A DNA stretch of 64,000 nucleotides from positions 19,778,001-19,842,000 of the forward strand of contig CM119385.1 in assembly GCA_051294905.1 (NCBI GenBank). Direction: 5' to 3'. The position numbers were made by a program, and so were the translations under genes. Source of the stretch: Botryllus schlosseri (taxonomy: Eukaryota). The notes beneath the pieces are model-generated. The model saw only the letters and a list, made by a program, of their open reading frames with translations. It ran no database searches and had not been told where the DNA came from. This document shows, in pieces, positions 1-12,155 of the stretch (positions are counted from its first letter, which is position 1; each line of letters begins with the position of its first letter).

Positions 1-333
1 TGTCAACTCAACTATTGAAATGGAGCTTTCCGAATGTGTCGCTCAAAAAATCACAATCATCACTAAAACGAATATAATAGCACCTTTTGTGAATGTGCTA
101 CTCAACAAATTCACGATTCTGCCGCTCGAGCAATTTCTCACTCGAACGAATAAACAGCCAAAAATCACAATTCAGCCGCTCTTTGCCTTTCTGACAACTA
201 ACACAGTACTTTCAAATACAGACATGGATAATTCTAGCTGTCTAATTAGACTAATTGCTCTAATTCTAATCTAATTTGTGAAATGTTTCTTTGCTCTAGA
301 TTTAATTATAATGTAATGTCTGGTTTTCTTGTA

Positions 334-1216
334 GGGGGAGCGGAGGCCAAGATGAGACACGGGTCAAGATGAGACATGCAATTTTTTCATAGAAAAATTT
401 TCTAATGGACAGATTCCTTCAACTATGTTGTTTACATAATGTCATTCTATAGTCCTACCATATTAACAAGGCAAACAGATTTGACGTTGGGCAGAAAAAT
501 GCCCAAAACTATATTTTCATGGGTCAGTTATGTGAATTCATGTTTGTAAGGGCATCCCTATCGTAGTACTTCATAACGTAGAACAACATTATTTTAGTAG
601 CATTGTAATCATGCACTTACCTGTAAAAAGTAGTAGACAAAAAATTTTTTATTGACGTTTATACAATAATTGAGGTGTGGGGGTAAGTTGAGACGTGGGT
701 ATCGGAGGGCTTTTCCATTGAAAGCCTTTTAATATTCAAAATTTACTGTTAAAGGCAAAAGGCATTGCAAGACAAAATAATAACTAAAGTCTTATTGTAG
801 CTGGATCCCATGGATAATTGGTTTGCGATGTCTTTTAAATTCGTATATGATGTACAAATTCTTTTTAAAAATGAATTATTTCATGCTTATTATATTTTAT
901 TCATGATGTTGCTAGTCGATTCATCATTTGGGATGGATTGGTGGTGTAATGAGCAAGAATTGCTTGGTTTCTCATCTTGAACACAGTGTGTCTCATCTTA
1001 CCCTCACTTGGGGAAAAGTTGAGACATTTTAGCAAGGATTTTTGAGGGCCAAGAAATCCATAAGCATGTTGTTCGATATAACTCAAGACATACGGTAAAC
1101 ATGAATAGTACAGATAACAGGCTTTCCATTGGTACCAAAATCAATCCTCAGAAGGCGATACTCTTCGAGTGGCATTGAAATATCAGAAAAGTGTCTCATC
1201 TTGGCCTCCTCTCTCC
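334..1216. mobile_element. Non-autonomous DNA transposon (MITE) with TA target duplication, Tc1/mariner/pogo-like
   Basis: Imperfect ~27-bp TIRs: GGGGGAGCGGAGGCCAAGATGAGACAC (334-360) and GTGTCTCATCTTGGCCTCCTCTCTCC (1191-1216). TA on both sides, subterminal AAGATGAGACA repeats, no transposase ORF. Confidence 0.75.
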
Positions 1217-1230
1217 TACATGCTATAGGT

Positions 1231-1941
1231 CAGGGGTGGCCAACCTTTTTGGCAAAAGGGCCACATTTCATTGACGAACGATCGCGCGGGCCACTAGCCG
1301 CGCCACGCGCGAAAATTTTTATGTCCATATTATTGTTACTTCAGTATATTGCGGGTCTGCTGTATATTGCTGGGCTCAGTTTGCAAGAACTGGACTATTC
1401 GGCGCCGGGACATCTATAGATATCGAAAGCTTCGGCCAACATGCGCCAATCATTTTATGCCTATGTTTCATCGTCGACGGTCTTTCTGCGAGCGCAAACG
1501 CAAGGTCACATGTCGGACGACACTTTCTCTTGTAAACGCGATCATAATTAGAATTAATGTATTACATTAGGCGTCCTTTCATTTTTAGGAGGGGGTAACA
1601 ATATTAAAAGCAAGAAATCGAGCGACAACATATTGCGGAAAGCGTGAAAAAAATTACTTTAGATAAATCAAACGCTGAATATTCTGCTTTATTGTAATGT
1701 GCGAAGATCTACCAAAATTTGACTGGACCATGGATCTGCCAATGCGTCGGAACTGATATTTTAGTCGTCACATCCCAAGTGTTGCGGCTAGACTAATCAA
1801 ATTTTTGGTTGGCCATGCAAGTTCACAATCTGGGCAATCCATCTTTGGTAATATTACTAATTTCTAAAATTACCTCGCGGGCCACTCAAAACCTTCTCGC
1901 GGGCCACATGTGGCCCGCGGGCCACGGGTTGGCCGGCCCTG
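1231..1941. mobile_element. hAT-type MITE
   Basis: TIR CAGGGGTGGCCAACC / GGTTGGCCGGCCCTG; perfect 8-bp TSD CTATAGGT (1223-1230, 1942-1949); subterminal CGCGGGCC repeats. Confidence 0.9.
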
Positions 1942-2119
1942 CTATAGGTGAACTGTATAGTACGAAACGAACCAAGCTTGCTGTACGGACATTTGTTTGG
2001 TCACGAGAATGGGCTATATGATTTGATATGAGCTGAACTTGGTTCAATTTCCAAGTTTTCGAGAATTACATTGACCCACACCCAAGATATACGCACAATA
2101 CGAAGAAGACCCAACTCAC

Positions 2120-2384
2120 CCCCGTATGGATGCATGTGTTGCGGCGGCAAATCCACGATCTGCGCCGAATACTTCATCGGCGACATGGTCCTGTGCGGTT
2201 GCTGCATGTACTGCCCGTCGTGCTCCGGCATGAAGTTCTGCCCGTCGGTCATGTCGTTGTAGTGAGTGTGGTGATAGGCCTCGCCGGACACGCTGTCCCC
2301 GGTGCCGGAGTCGTGGGCGTTGGGAGACTCGGCGCTTCCCATCGATTGCAAGTCGGGAAGCACTCGCACTTTGTCGGCCTTGTC
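2120..2384 (-). CDS. Protocadherin coding exon 10 (cytoplasmic, DSGTGDS motif); gene continues beyond window start
   Basis: Acceptor TTTCAG|GAC in phase 0 gives DKADKVRVLP...HDSGTGDS...MHPYG. Donor G|GTGAGT at 2120/2119. GC-rich island; no stop before the donor and no further exon found in 1-2119. Confidence 0.85.
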
Positions 2385-2827
2385 CTGAAATGGAGCCGTC
2401 GATTAGGGTTTTATCATAAAATTGTTTAGTAGCCTAAAAAAGCTTGATTTTGATTTGACTTGAAAAAATAGTATTTAGCCTACGGTGCGAAATTCTTTCG
2501 TTACTATTATGGAATTAGCCACTATACACTGTATAGGAGTTTTCAAATCCCAACTATTATATTCTAATAACTTGGCTTCTACAGATTGGAATTGAGCGAA
2601 ATTTGTTATTCGTCGTTTTTGTAGACAGTCTAACAATTTCACGGGGTGAGAAGCACAGTTTGTTGATGATACTTGCACCAGGGAGGGTGATGATACTCAA
2701 TAAGAAGTAGAAAAAACGTTGTAAATTTCTACTCAACTGAAGGATAGCCTGTGATGTTACATTTGATGATACTACTGCTGGTATACAATATATATTCTTT
2801 TGAATTCTCTGCTAGTTAGTGACGATT

Positions 2828-2861
2828 ACCCCTGACGAGTGTCAACCGAAAATATTCGGGT
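2828..2861 (+). ncRNA. Minimal type-I hammerhead ribozyme motif (intact), within a ~130-bp dispersed repeat
   Basis: Reads ACCC-CTGACGA-G(TGTCAAC)C-GAAA-ATATT-C-GGGT. Stem I is ACCC/GGGU, core is CUGANGA + GAAA, stem II is 1 bp, stem III is the palindrome AAUAUU, and the cleavage triplet is UUC (after 2857). Confidence 0.8.
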
Positions 2862-5226
2862 TCATTTCAATAGGAATATATCATTAAATATTACCAATGA
2901 CGTTAAAAATTGGCGCAATTTTCAAAAACCCATCCAGCTTTGTAAAAAGTGAGTAGTTTTGTCTAAAAAACTGTTCGGTAAGAGTTGAAGTCATTTGCAA
3001 ACATAGCCTCTGGAGTATAAGTAGTGCAAATAGGCAGAAATCACTTGAGTACGTTAATCAGAAACAAGCACTTTGTTACTGATCACCTCTGTGTGTGTTT
3101 GAGAAGTCACGGTACAATGACACCTCTTGATCATGGCTGTAAGTTGGCGATTTCGGTATTTTGATAGTGCCAAGGCAGTAGGTTACTAGCAAAAGTGGAC
3201 TCTTAGCGAGACACACACATTCATGACAGGATAGTCGGGTAGGCCTTGCCGCCATGAATTTGTTTGTGTACTAAATAACAAAGATCTACATAAATTCCAA
3301 CCACTGATCAAATACAATCTGTACACACAATTTCATAGTTGAACACACACTTATTATCCACAAATTTACCAGGGTCACTAAGGCCATCAAAAAATAGAGA
3401 AATTATCAACAATTTACTTTCGAGAAAACCTTTTTTGTCATTCTAGTGAGTGTGGTCAGTGCTCAAAATCACAATCATCTACAATATGCATGTAACAACA
3501 GATTATCCAGTGATCAGTAAGATACCATGACAGTTTTCCAGAGACTGATGAAGCGAGGGCTTAATCAATGTGGCGGTAACTTTTAAGGGCCAGTATCGAA
3601 CAATAATTTGCATGGAATTAACACCGTAAGTTTACGATGTTGACACAGTCTGCACGGGATTCCAACAGTAATATTTTCAAAGAGAGCTAATGTATTAGCG
3701 TAGCCGAGCTGCCAGCCACTCGGCCACCAAACTTTGACTACGTCTCACTTTGAAAGATGGATCGCACGATTCTATTCACAAACGCCGATAAGTCACTACC
3801 ACTGAAAACATCCATAATAATTCACATACGAAAAGCGACACTGCCCAAACACAGCATAGGAAGAGAAATGAAGTCCGTCCTTACAGGATCCAAGATAGAT
3901 CAGTAACAATGGCAGGATCGTAAATCATAACACAATCCGATCCATTGCCAGGATTAAAGTTAATAGCTGGATTGTGAGCATCCGCTGATTACATTAATTC
4001 CATCAAACGAACATGACATCATTGTTCCAGAGACTAGCGCGAGTGGCCATATTGCACGTCAAATCGTTTCAAAATGAACCCAGCTCAAGTAGAAATATAC
4101 GGAACTAATTGGTCAGAAAAATACTTGATACGCACATAAGGGAAGCCTTCTCTATTCGAATGCTTATCAGCGCAAAAGAATGTAGGAGGCAAATAGCTCA
4201 CACCAAAGCATTCCTATCATCGCCACTAGAGCAAATCTGAAGCAACACGTCATTCTGGTTGATAAATACCACACATCGTTGAACAACAATGCCAAAATGA
4301 CTGGCGTTATGAGCGGGGTATTAAAAAGAAGTTAAAGGCCCGAAAAGGCCAAATGATGCGCCTCAAAGGTATTAGCTCCGAGGCCTATTTCCCGAAACAC
4401 GAAATTATTGCTGGTGATCAACAGGATATTCGGATCACTCTGAATAATTTGAACAACTTCCTTGGTAATTATCATGTTCAAAATCTAGCTTCGATTGAAA
4501 GTGACGTTCCGAGAAGGCTAAAACCTCAAAATATCGCTACAAAATCATTTCCAGTTTTCCATATAAAGCACTCAATCGTTGTTGGTTAGCCATCCAAGTC
4601 ATATTTTGAAATCAGTTTCATGAACAATTATTGCAGACGCATAAGCCTATACATTTAGGCTAGCTGGGTACCACTACCAGCCACCATGAAGGACAAAATC
4701 CTATTTCTACACAAAGTAAAGACAATTTGGCATCTTTTCGACCAAGTTTATTTCATTGCACTTAGTTACAATGCTGATGGTTGACCATGACCTCACGGAA
4801 GTGTCCTTCCCATTGACACGAGTAGCTTTGCATTACCAGTTTTGGATGTCAGTGATACCACCAATCGAGGTTTCCAAGGCTTCCACGGTGGGAAAAAAGT
4901 ATCGACACTACAATTCTCGTTGATAAAAAAAGAACTCTTTAGTAGAAATGGAGCAGGGATCATCATTTTAGTAGGTTATTTGAAAAATTGTCTCTCACTA
5001 GTGACCTCAAATCAATTCATTACGATTATTACTTGATTTGAATTCAGCCCTAATCGATACCACTTAGGCATGGTGCAAATCCCGATTTCGAGAATTTAAT
5101 TTCCCGAAATATTGTGATCAACGTAGTTTTGACACAGTCGACAGCATCAAACCAGGACACAGAATCCGAAACTAAGCCGAAAATATACACCGCTCAACCA
5201 CTATTGAGAACCGTTATATAACATAC

Positions 5227-5321
5227 CGGAGGAAGTTGGCTCTGAGACTGGGTCCATTCGGAATGGAAAGACGATCTGCTGTCCACCGTTCCGTGGCCGT
5301 TGTAAGCTCTCTTGCTCGAAC
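5227..5321 (-). CDS. Protocadherin coding exon 9 (cytoplasmic)
   Basis: Follows an 87-nt intron. Acceptor TTTTTTCAG|GT completes Gly in phase (GSSKRAYNGHG...QLPP). Donor CCG|GTATGT; 95 nt. Confidence 0.85.
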
Positions 5322-5408
5322 CTGAAAAAACAACTACCCTTATCTCCGCCCATCTCCTAATCCCACCGGCCCGTAAACACAACGATGATGACTAAAACAC
5401 TTCCTTAC

Positions 5409-5538
5409 CTCGCTTGCGTACATTCTTCTTACTATCGATATCCCCGCCCGAGGACGTGTTCCAGGTGCCGCCTTCCTGGCAATTGTAGCTCCTGCTCTTC
5501 TTGCGCTTGGCGCAACAGCAGCACTTGATCAGCACAAT
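5409..5538 (-). CDS. Protocadherin coding exon 8 (end of TM, Cys-rich/basic juxtamembrane region)
   Basis: Acceptor TTTCAG|ATT gives IVLIKCCCCAKRKKSRS. Donor GAG|GTAAGG; 130 nt, ends phase 1. Confidence 0.88.
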
Positions 5539-7146
5539 CTGAAAGCGAAGTCCTTGTTTTATTGGTGGTCGAAAACAAAACCCACACAAATCCCGATTAT
5601 GGAAATATCAAAAAAGCGAAGTCTTGCTTCATCGACAAAAAGTCTGGCAGACATACTCTCTCGTAAATAGTGACATTGTGGAAATAATCATTGTACATAC
5701 ATATCAAGTGTACTAAAAATTACTTTCACCTAACAGCACGCAGGATAAGCTGATCAGCAACAAGAGATCGGGCCACGATTACTGGACCACAATCTGACAT
5801 CGCGATTTCTCCTACTGACACAGCATATTTTCATCACATGTTCATTTTATGCTATGGTATGTTATTTTTGTGTTCAGTGCGAGTACATAGTATTCCGTAA
5901 GTTAGGTCTTCATTATTATCTGCAGGCGAAGGTGGATGTTTATAAAAGACTATTCCAAGTCGCTTGAACACCGTCTTACCTTTTCATTATATCGGAATTT
6001 TTTTGTTTTGCACTGATTAAAATACCAGTATTTCAAGAGAATTGCTGCCAAAATCTCAAAACGACAGTCAATAATACAAAAGAGATCGCTTCGTCAGGCA
6101 AGCTCATCATTAAATCATTACATAAGCTGACAAAAGTCAACTTTTGACCGTAAAGGTCTAGTTGAGTAGTTTCCATGGAATACTTTGCATCACGGTATTG
6201 TATGTTATTACGTTGAGTGGCCAAGGCTATCTATTTCTTCTATATTTCTAAGGCTCTGTCAGTAGGCTAGTGTTGTTTATCATAAACAAAATCACTACAA
6301 AAATACGTAAAAATATATCAGCAAATAATTTCCTTAAAATACAAATCTACATGATTTATCGGAATAAACCTACAACGTTTATCAGCAAACACCGGGATTG
6401 GACAGAATGTTTAGCATCGTGTCGCGAATTCGCACGTCGAAACCTTATCAATCCAACGACAGTTTCGCTTCATTTCTAAACAACACCGCAACACAGAAAT
6501 ATCGTTAACTTCATTCCCACGTGTCTATTGTTTGACAAGCGCAGTTTCAAAAGTTCCATTTGATCTGCAGCAGGGCACCGATTTAAATCTCAAAAAAACA
6601 AGACTGCGAAACGCCTTTTTCCAAATCGATCTCGCGATATTTACACTCGACCGCATAATCCCGGGCTTATTTTCACGAAATTATCAAGCGTATCACGAAG
6701 AACAGATCTCATATTCAGATAATCGAAACTGGCCAGCATACCTGCTCCGTTCCGCATTAGAACTTATCACTCTACGTAATACAGCCTCGGGGCGAGATTC
6801 CTTCAAGGCGTGGAAAGCCATTAAGCACACAGGTAATAAAACACCAAATGTCTCTCAAAAGACGCCTAAAACCATCCAGGGTGTAATGAGACATTGAATG
6901 ATATATTATTTCAAACACGACTGCCTCAAATTAGGCACGGGTTTACTTTCCATGACACGCCCGGCACACGAATAATTACAAAGCTAAAAGTTGCAAATTT
7001 TAAGGAACGATACAATTATATTCGCCTCGCAGCAATTATACCTCAAATAAGCCACGCATTCCTAATATTGGACAAGTACAAATTCTTAAACAGTGAGGTT
7101 TAAACATCGACACACACAAAGCTAGAATCAACGAAATGTCACTTAC

Positions 7147-7335
7147 CACAATTACGATGATAAGAATCACGATAAGAGCGGCGGCGCCAATAATCAGGTA
7201 CATTTCCGTGGAGCCCATTTTCAGAGGGGGGCTCGGGACCGCCAGTTTTGGAAACAGCGGATTGCTCTTGCACTCTTGCATTGCCTTGGTGGCGTTCACC
7301 GCCGTGGATTCCGACTTGGAAAGGAACAAATTCAC
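7147..7335 (-). CDS. Protocadherin coding exon 7 (juxtamembrane stalk and most of the TM helix)
   Basis: Acceptor TTTCAG|GTG; encodes ...MYLIIGAAALIVILIIVIV. Donor GTG|GTAAGT; 189 nt, phase 0. Confidence 0.9.
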
Positions 7336-7758
7336 CTGAAATATATATCAGCATGAGATACAGTTAAGAATATAAAACACTGTTACTGCCCGGTGAAATT
7401 AGAAGACAGACATTTCATTGTAGCTTCGAAGAACAGTAAAGTTACTACATTATTGGTATTTCGTCTATCAGTTCTGAGAGACGAAATTGTGTGCCCACTG
7501 AAAAATCTAGGGACTTGTTGAGAGTCGTGCCAATGTTTAATCGGCAAACATGCTCATGCTCAGTAATCAAACATCATGTCTCGTTATCAGAACAGCACAC
7601 GGTTCATTGAGACTCTACACGAAATTAAAGAGGATTGAAGGCACTAAACTTGTATACTGCTATAAGACTTTTCGTGCGCTATGTATCAAGAGGCAACGGC
7701 ACATAAACACAATCATATACAGAGATTCATATTGAATAGTATATTCATATTGAAATGA

Positions 7759-7792
7759 ACCCGAATATTTTCGGCTGACACTCGTCAGGGGT
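7759..7792 (-). ncRNA. Minimal type-I hammerhead ribozyme motif (intact), sense to protocadherin intron 6
   Basis: Reverse complement reads ACCC-CTGACGA-G(TGTCAGC)C-GAAA-ATATT-C-GGGT; all core positions match the consensus. Surrounding repeat spans ~7735-7850. Confidence 0.8.
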
Positions 7793-8174
7793 AATCGTCA
7801 GCAACTAGTAGAGAATTTGAAAGAACATTGTATATCAACAATCAAATGAAAACCGAATGAAAACCAATTGGGCAAGGTATGACCTAACAACATAATTTGA
7901 AAACGCTACAGATGACTTTGTCTGGAGATTCGTTTAAATACTGTGTTACTTCGTACTTAGTCAAACTGGCCAAAGCTTGGTTCGTTCCGCACTATATAGA
8001 GTTCTGCTGTAGCATTTACAGGCAAACCAAAAATTAGATTATAAATAAAATTAGAGCATAGAAACATTTGACAAATTAGATTAGAATTACTATAATTAGA
8101 CAACTAGAATTAACTATTTGTCCATGTCTGGAGCATACCAAGCAAATAAGGCACCGGGCCGGAGATTTACTCAC

Positions 8175-8740
8175 ATATGCGTCCGAGTGGCGCTTCGGCG
8201 TTCCAAAATCGCTGACCCTTATCTTCAAAATACGACACCCAAGCTTGACCGTGTCCAGATCGACCCTGTCCGCAAAGGTCACGTTGCCGTTTTTCGCGTC
8301 CACGTCAAAGTAACCTTCCTGGTTTCCGTCGACGATGGCGTAGCTAAGCAACGAGTTCATCCCCAAGTCCTTATCGACGGCCTTGACTTTGGACAGCATC
8401 ACGGCACTGACACCACCGTCAGTCGCGTTCTCTACTTCCTTCACGGTGACCACGGAGATCCATTTTTGCGCGGATCGCGACTTAAACGGTTGCGGTGATG
8501 CGTTACGGTCTTTGTTCGATTCTTTGGTTATAATTTGCACGAAACCCACGTCCTTTCGTCCATCTGGACGCAGCACTGTCGGGTCATTATCGTTCACATC
8601 GTCGAGATATATCTCGACTTTAGCCTCGGCACGTTGCCTGTTGAATCCATTGTCGGTAGCTACGACCGTTAGCACGATGGGAGTGTCTCCGTAGATTTCG
8701 CGATCCAGCTTGGTTGAGTTACCGTAGAAGTGTACGTAGC
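8175..8740 (-). CDS. Protocadherin coding exon 6 (end of EC6, EC7)
   Basis: Acceptor TTTTTTTTCAG|GC completes Gly, giving GYVHFYGNSTKLDRE...LDDVNDNDP...AVDKDLGMNS...VSDFGTP. Donor TAT|GTGAGT at 8175/8174; 566 nt. Confidence 0.93.
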
Positions 8741-8937
8741 CTGAAAAAAAACGCGCGTGACTGTGAGATCACAACAGCACGATCGGCTTCAATGGATTCA
8801 ATTTCGATAGGTTTAAAAAGATGTACTGAATTACCTGTTGTCATATTAAGACTGCTGTCATGTACTAATGCTATGCCTTCAATATCATATGTAATACGAA
8901 ACAATAATTTCATATTATTAATGTATTCCTGAAAAGC

Positions 8938-9474
8938 CAGGGTTGAAATGACTCGAGTCATGACTAGACTCGAGTCATTTTATCAAAATACGGAAAAGAC
9001 TTGAGTCAATCTGTGTATTGACTCGACTTGGACTCGAGTTATTGCGCACGACTCGAACCAAGTCATATGACTCGATACTCAGACGGCCAAGACCGACATT
9101 TCATTGTAATTCCGAATAGGGAAGTAACCACACTATAGGGATTTCGTCTGTTGGTACTGGTACTTGAAAATGCGACCAGAAACTCTGCTAAAAGTGAGGA
9201 AAATTAGTATATTATAAATGCGAACCATTTGATATCACCAAACAGAGTTAGAAAAAGTGTGTTTAACAAACTTTAACTGGTAACTGAGCACTTGAGCAGT
9301 CAACACAATGACTTGGACACGAGTCAGAATACCATGACTCAGACTCGGCCCTCTGCTCGCTAACTTGGACTTGACTCGGAGGTAAATTGAACATGATTCG
9401 ACTTGACTCGAGTCAATACTATAAAAGTGAGATTGATTTGTGACTCGGAGCGTTGTGACTTGGTTACAACCCTG
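8938..9474. mobile_element. hAT-type MITE, GACTCGAGTC-rich family (copy 1)
   Basis: TIR CAGGGTTG...CAACCCTG; TSD tGAAAAGC/cGAAAAGC (7/8); many GACTCGAGTC-like subterminal repeats. Confidence 0.85.
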
Positions 9475-9551
9475 CGAAAAGCTTCCCAACTGAAGTTTCT
9501 TGGAGACCGAACTTCTATATACAATTGAATTATCTAAACATCTTGAAGTAA

Positions 9552-9720
9552 ACCCAAAAATTGACGGCTGACACTCCTCATTGGGGTAATCGTCAGCAAC
9601 CAGTAGAGAATTTTTGATATACGATGTTCTTTCTAATTCTCTCCTCGTTGTTGACGATTACCCCTTACGAGTGTCAGCCGAAAATATTCGGGTTCATTTC
9701 GATATGAAAATATTATTCAA
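9552..9720. repeat. Inverted pair of hammerhead-repeat copies (both degenerate)
   Basis: Minus copy ~9552-9620 has a disrupted core. Plus copy ~9625-9720 has the motif at 9660-9693 with CTTACGA instead of CTGACGA. Confidence 0.75.
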
Positions 9721-10793
9721 TTGTATATTGACTTCTACCAGTATCGAACGTAGGTATTACGGTGATAACTGTAACTGGTGATAGTGTTGAGCCAAATTGA
9801 AATTGGGCGAATACATCAAGTTTTGTCGACTAATGGCAAAAGTACCACTTCAAGGTGCGTGAAGCCGGAAGAGTTTCAATATTATCCTCACCACTACACA
9901 GACATCAATTATGTGGTGTGGAACAGGTGCACCAAGGTCTGCATCTAGGCAAAACCAAAAGTATTGTTTCAGACATAAGACATGGAAGATTCGCTATGTC
10001 TCGCGAGTGTTGAACCTGGTCTTTTGAGAGGAATTTACAACATTTGAAACCATGTTTTCGTTACGCCGTAGTTGAACCATGGTAAGCAAAATATAAACTG
10101 AGATTCTGAGAAAATAGCTAGACGTCACAAGCTATAATGTATCTGAAGTTCCATTTGTGAAGCTAAAATTTCAAACCATCATATCTTTAAGAATGATTCA
10201 ACCCGGCAGGAAAAGATTAGTTTAATTCCAGCCGTCCAGACGTTGGCTAGATGAGTAATTTTATAATATGATCACCTTTTCCGTGGTGTTGCTCACACCA
10301 GGCAATATCTCCCATTTCATATTTTATATCTTTCAAAGTAGGTCACAATACCTTGATAATATTATTATAACAATGAAAATTATTGTCATATAGAACTTAT
10401 GACTCCAGTCATATTCCATTATTACACCAAATGCTTAAAGAGACATCTGTGCAGTTGGGACAGCAGAACAGCTAGGCGGTAATCCCCAGGAGTTAAACGA
10501 GGCGCGAAAAGACATTACTAATATCTCCAAGATTGGAATAGGCGTCTCTGGAGACAATTTATTTTATCACAAAGCCTGGTCATAATGCATATCACGCTAT
10601 CATATTACCGACACAAGGGAGCCAAGCAAATTCCTCAAAGAAAGGCTCTCTCATATGTTTATGGATATCTGACCTGAAAAAATAAGTCACGCAACCCCTC
10701 TTAGATGTGCGTTCGTCCGTGCAAGAAAACCCAATCACACTATCTCATCAGATTCTCGTGTAAGAAAAGTTTTCAAGACTATACAGTATACAC

Positions 10794-12155
10794 CAGTGGT
10801 TCTTAACCTTTTTTCCTCCAGCGCCCCCTTTAAAAAATTATCGTGCTCCAGCGCCCCCCCCCCCAACTTCATAATGTAAGGAATGTAATAAAGACAATGA
10901 GTAAGATGGAGGGCCGTAACAGGACTTCGTCAACCCCCTAAAAACGAGTGCCTTGCGCACCCATAGCGTGATAAACCGAACTTCTGAGGGCTTCGCCCCC
11001 ACGAACCCCCTATCGTGATTTCGATGGTCAGCAAAGTTTGTGTGGCCTGGTCGCTCTAAGTACCAAAATTTTCTATAATGCATGAATGAATAGGTGGTAA
11101 TTACATATATAAGTCGCGATAAACTGAGTGAGCAAACGTTGGTCCTGGGCCCCCATCGGGTGATAAACCAAGCTTCCGGGGGACTTCACTCCCAGACCCC
11201 CATTAGTCTGTCCTCTATTTGCTGAAAGCCTATTAGGTATCTACATTGTGTGTCCATTTACTGAGGCAGCTATTCTCGCCTAGTCGCGCGAAGCGCGAAA
11301 AATTTCACTAATTAATGATTGAATTGGTCAATATCATCGGGAATTGCATGTAAATTGAGATTAATTTTTATCCTCTCTCTGCTCACGTAAACACATTTAC
11401 CGGTAGAGCTGAGTGAGGTGCAATGTTCCCTCTAAGCTGCGCACGTGCGTAGTGCTGACACGGTCTCTGCGCACAGAAAATCTACATTGCGCACAACAAA
11501 TCCGAAGTTATTACCTTTTTTTTTAGTCGATACGCACTGTTGTCCAGGGGTCAGCGCAGTGAGTTGATGAGTGTGCGCAGACTCATCAAAACTTGAAGCG
11601 AACATTGTGAGGTTTCTTGGAAACTGTAGGGCCCGTTACTAATAATTAAACATATTCGGGCGGGCGAACCCGTTGGTATGACTTCGTTGTATGATGTTAT
11701 TTCGTGACCCCCTGTCTGCAATATCAAAAAATATAGAATCGCTCAACGGGGATATCGCCCAACAGGAATATCCCTGTCGCCCAATCGTACTAAACTAAAA
11801 GACGCACACGATTTCAGATTGGTATTTCTTCACTGACATACGTCTTCTGGGGTTCGGATTGCCAAGACAGGAACATTCGGTTTCAGTCATTTATATAGGC
11901 GCCCATGGACAATTAAACCTATATGTATTTTGAAGGCTATATGTAACGAAGTTTTCGGTGTTAATTTGCTCTGAATACTCATTAAAGATATGTGCTATCA
12001 CCAAATCATCTACTGCGAAGTCATTTTTCTCCAGCGCCCCCCATACCGCCCCCCTGAGCCCAGCGCCCCCCATATCGCCCCCTGAGCGTTTCCGCCCCCC
12101 TTCAAAATCGCCAGCGCCCCCTGGGGGGCGCTGGGGGCAAGGTTAAGAACCACTG
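10794..12155. mobile_element. hAT-type MITE (1.36 kb) with a nested smaller MITE
   Basis: Perfect 17-bp TIR CAGTGGTTCTTAACCTT / AAGGTTAAGAACCACTG; perfect TSD GTATACAC (10786-10793, 12156-12163); CAGCGCCCCC subterminal repeats. Confidence 0.92.
11421..11607. mobile_element. Small MITE nested in the 10794-12155 element
   Basis: Ends CAATGTTCCCTCTAAG...CTTGAAGCGAACATTG; GCGCAC/GTGCGC repeats; imperfect flanking duplication TGAGGTG/TGAGGTT. Confidence 0.65.
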
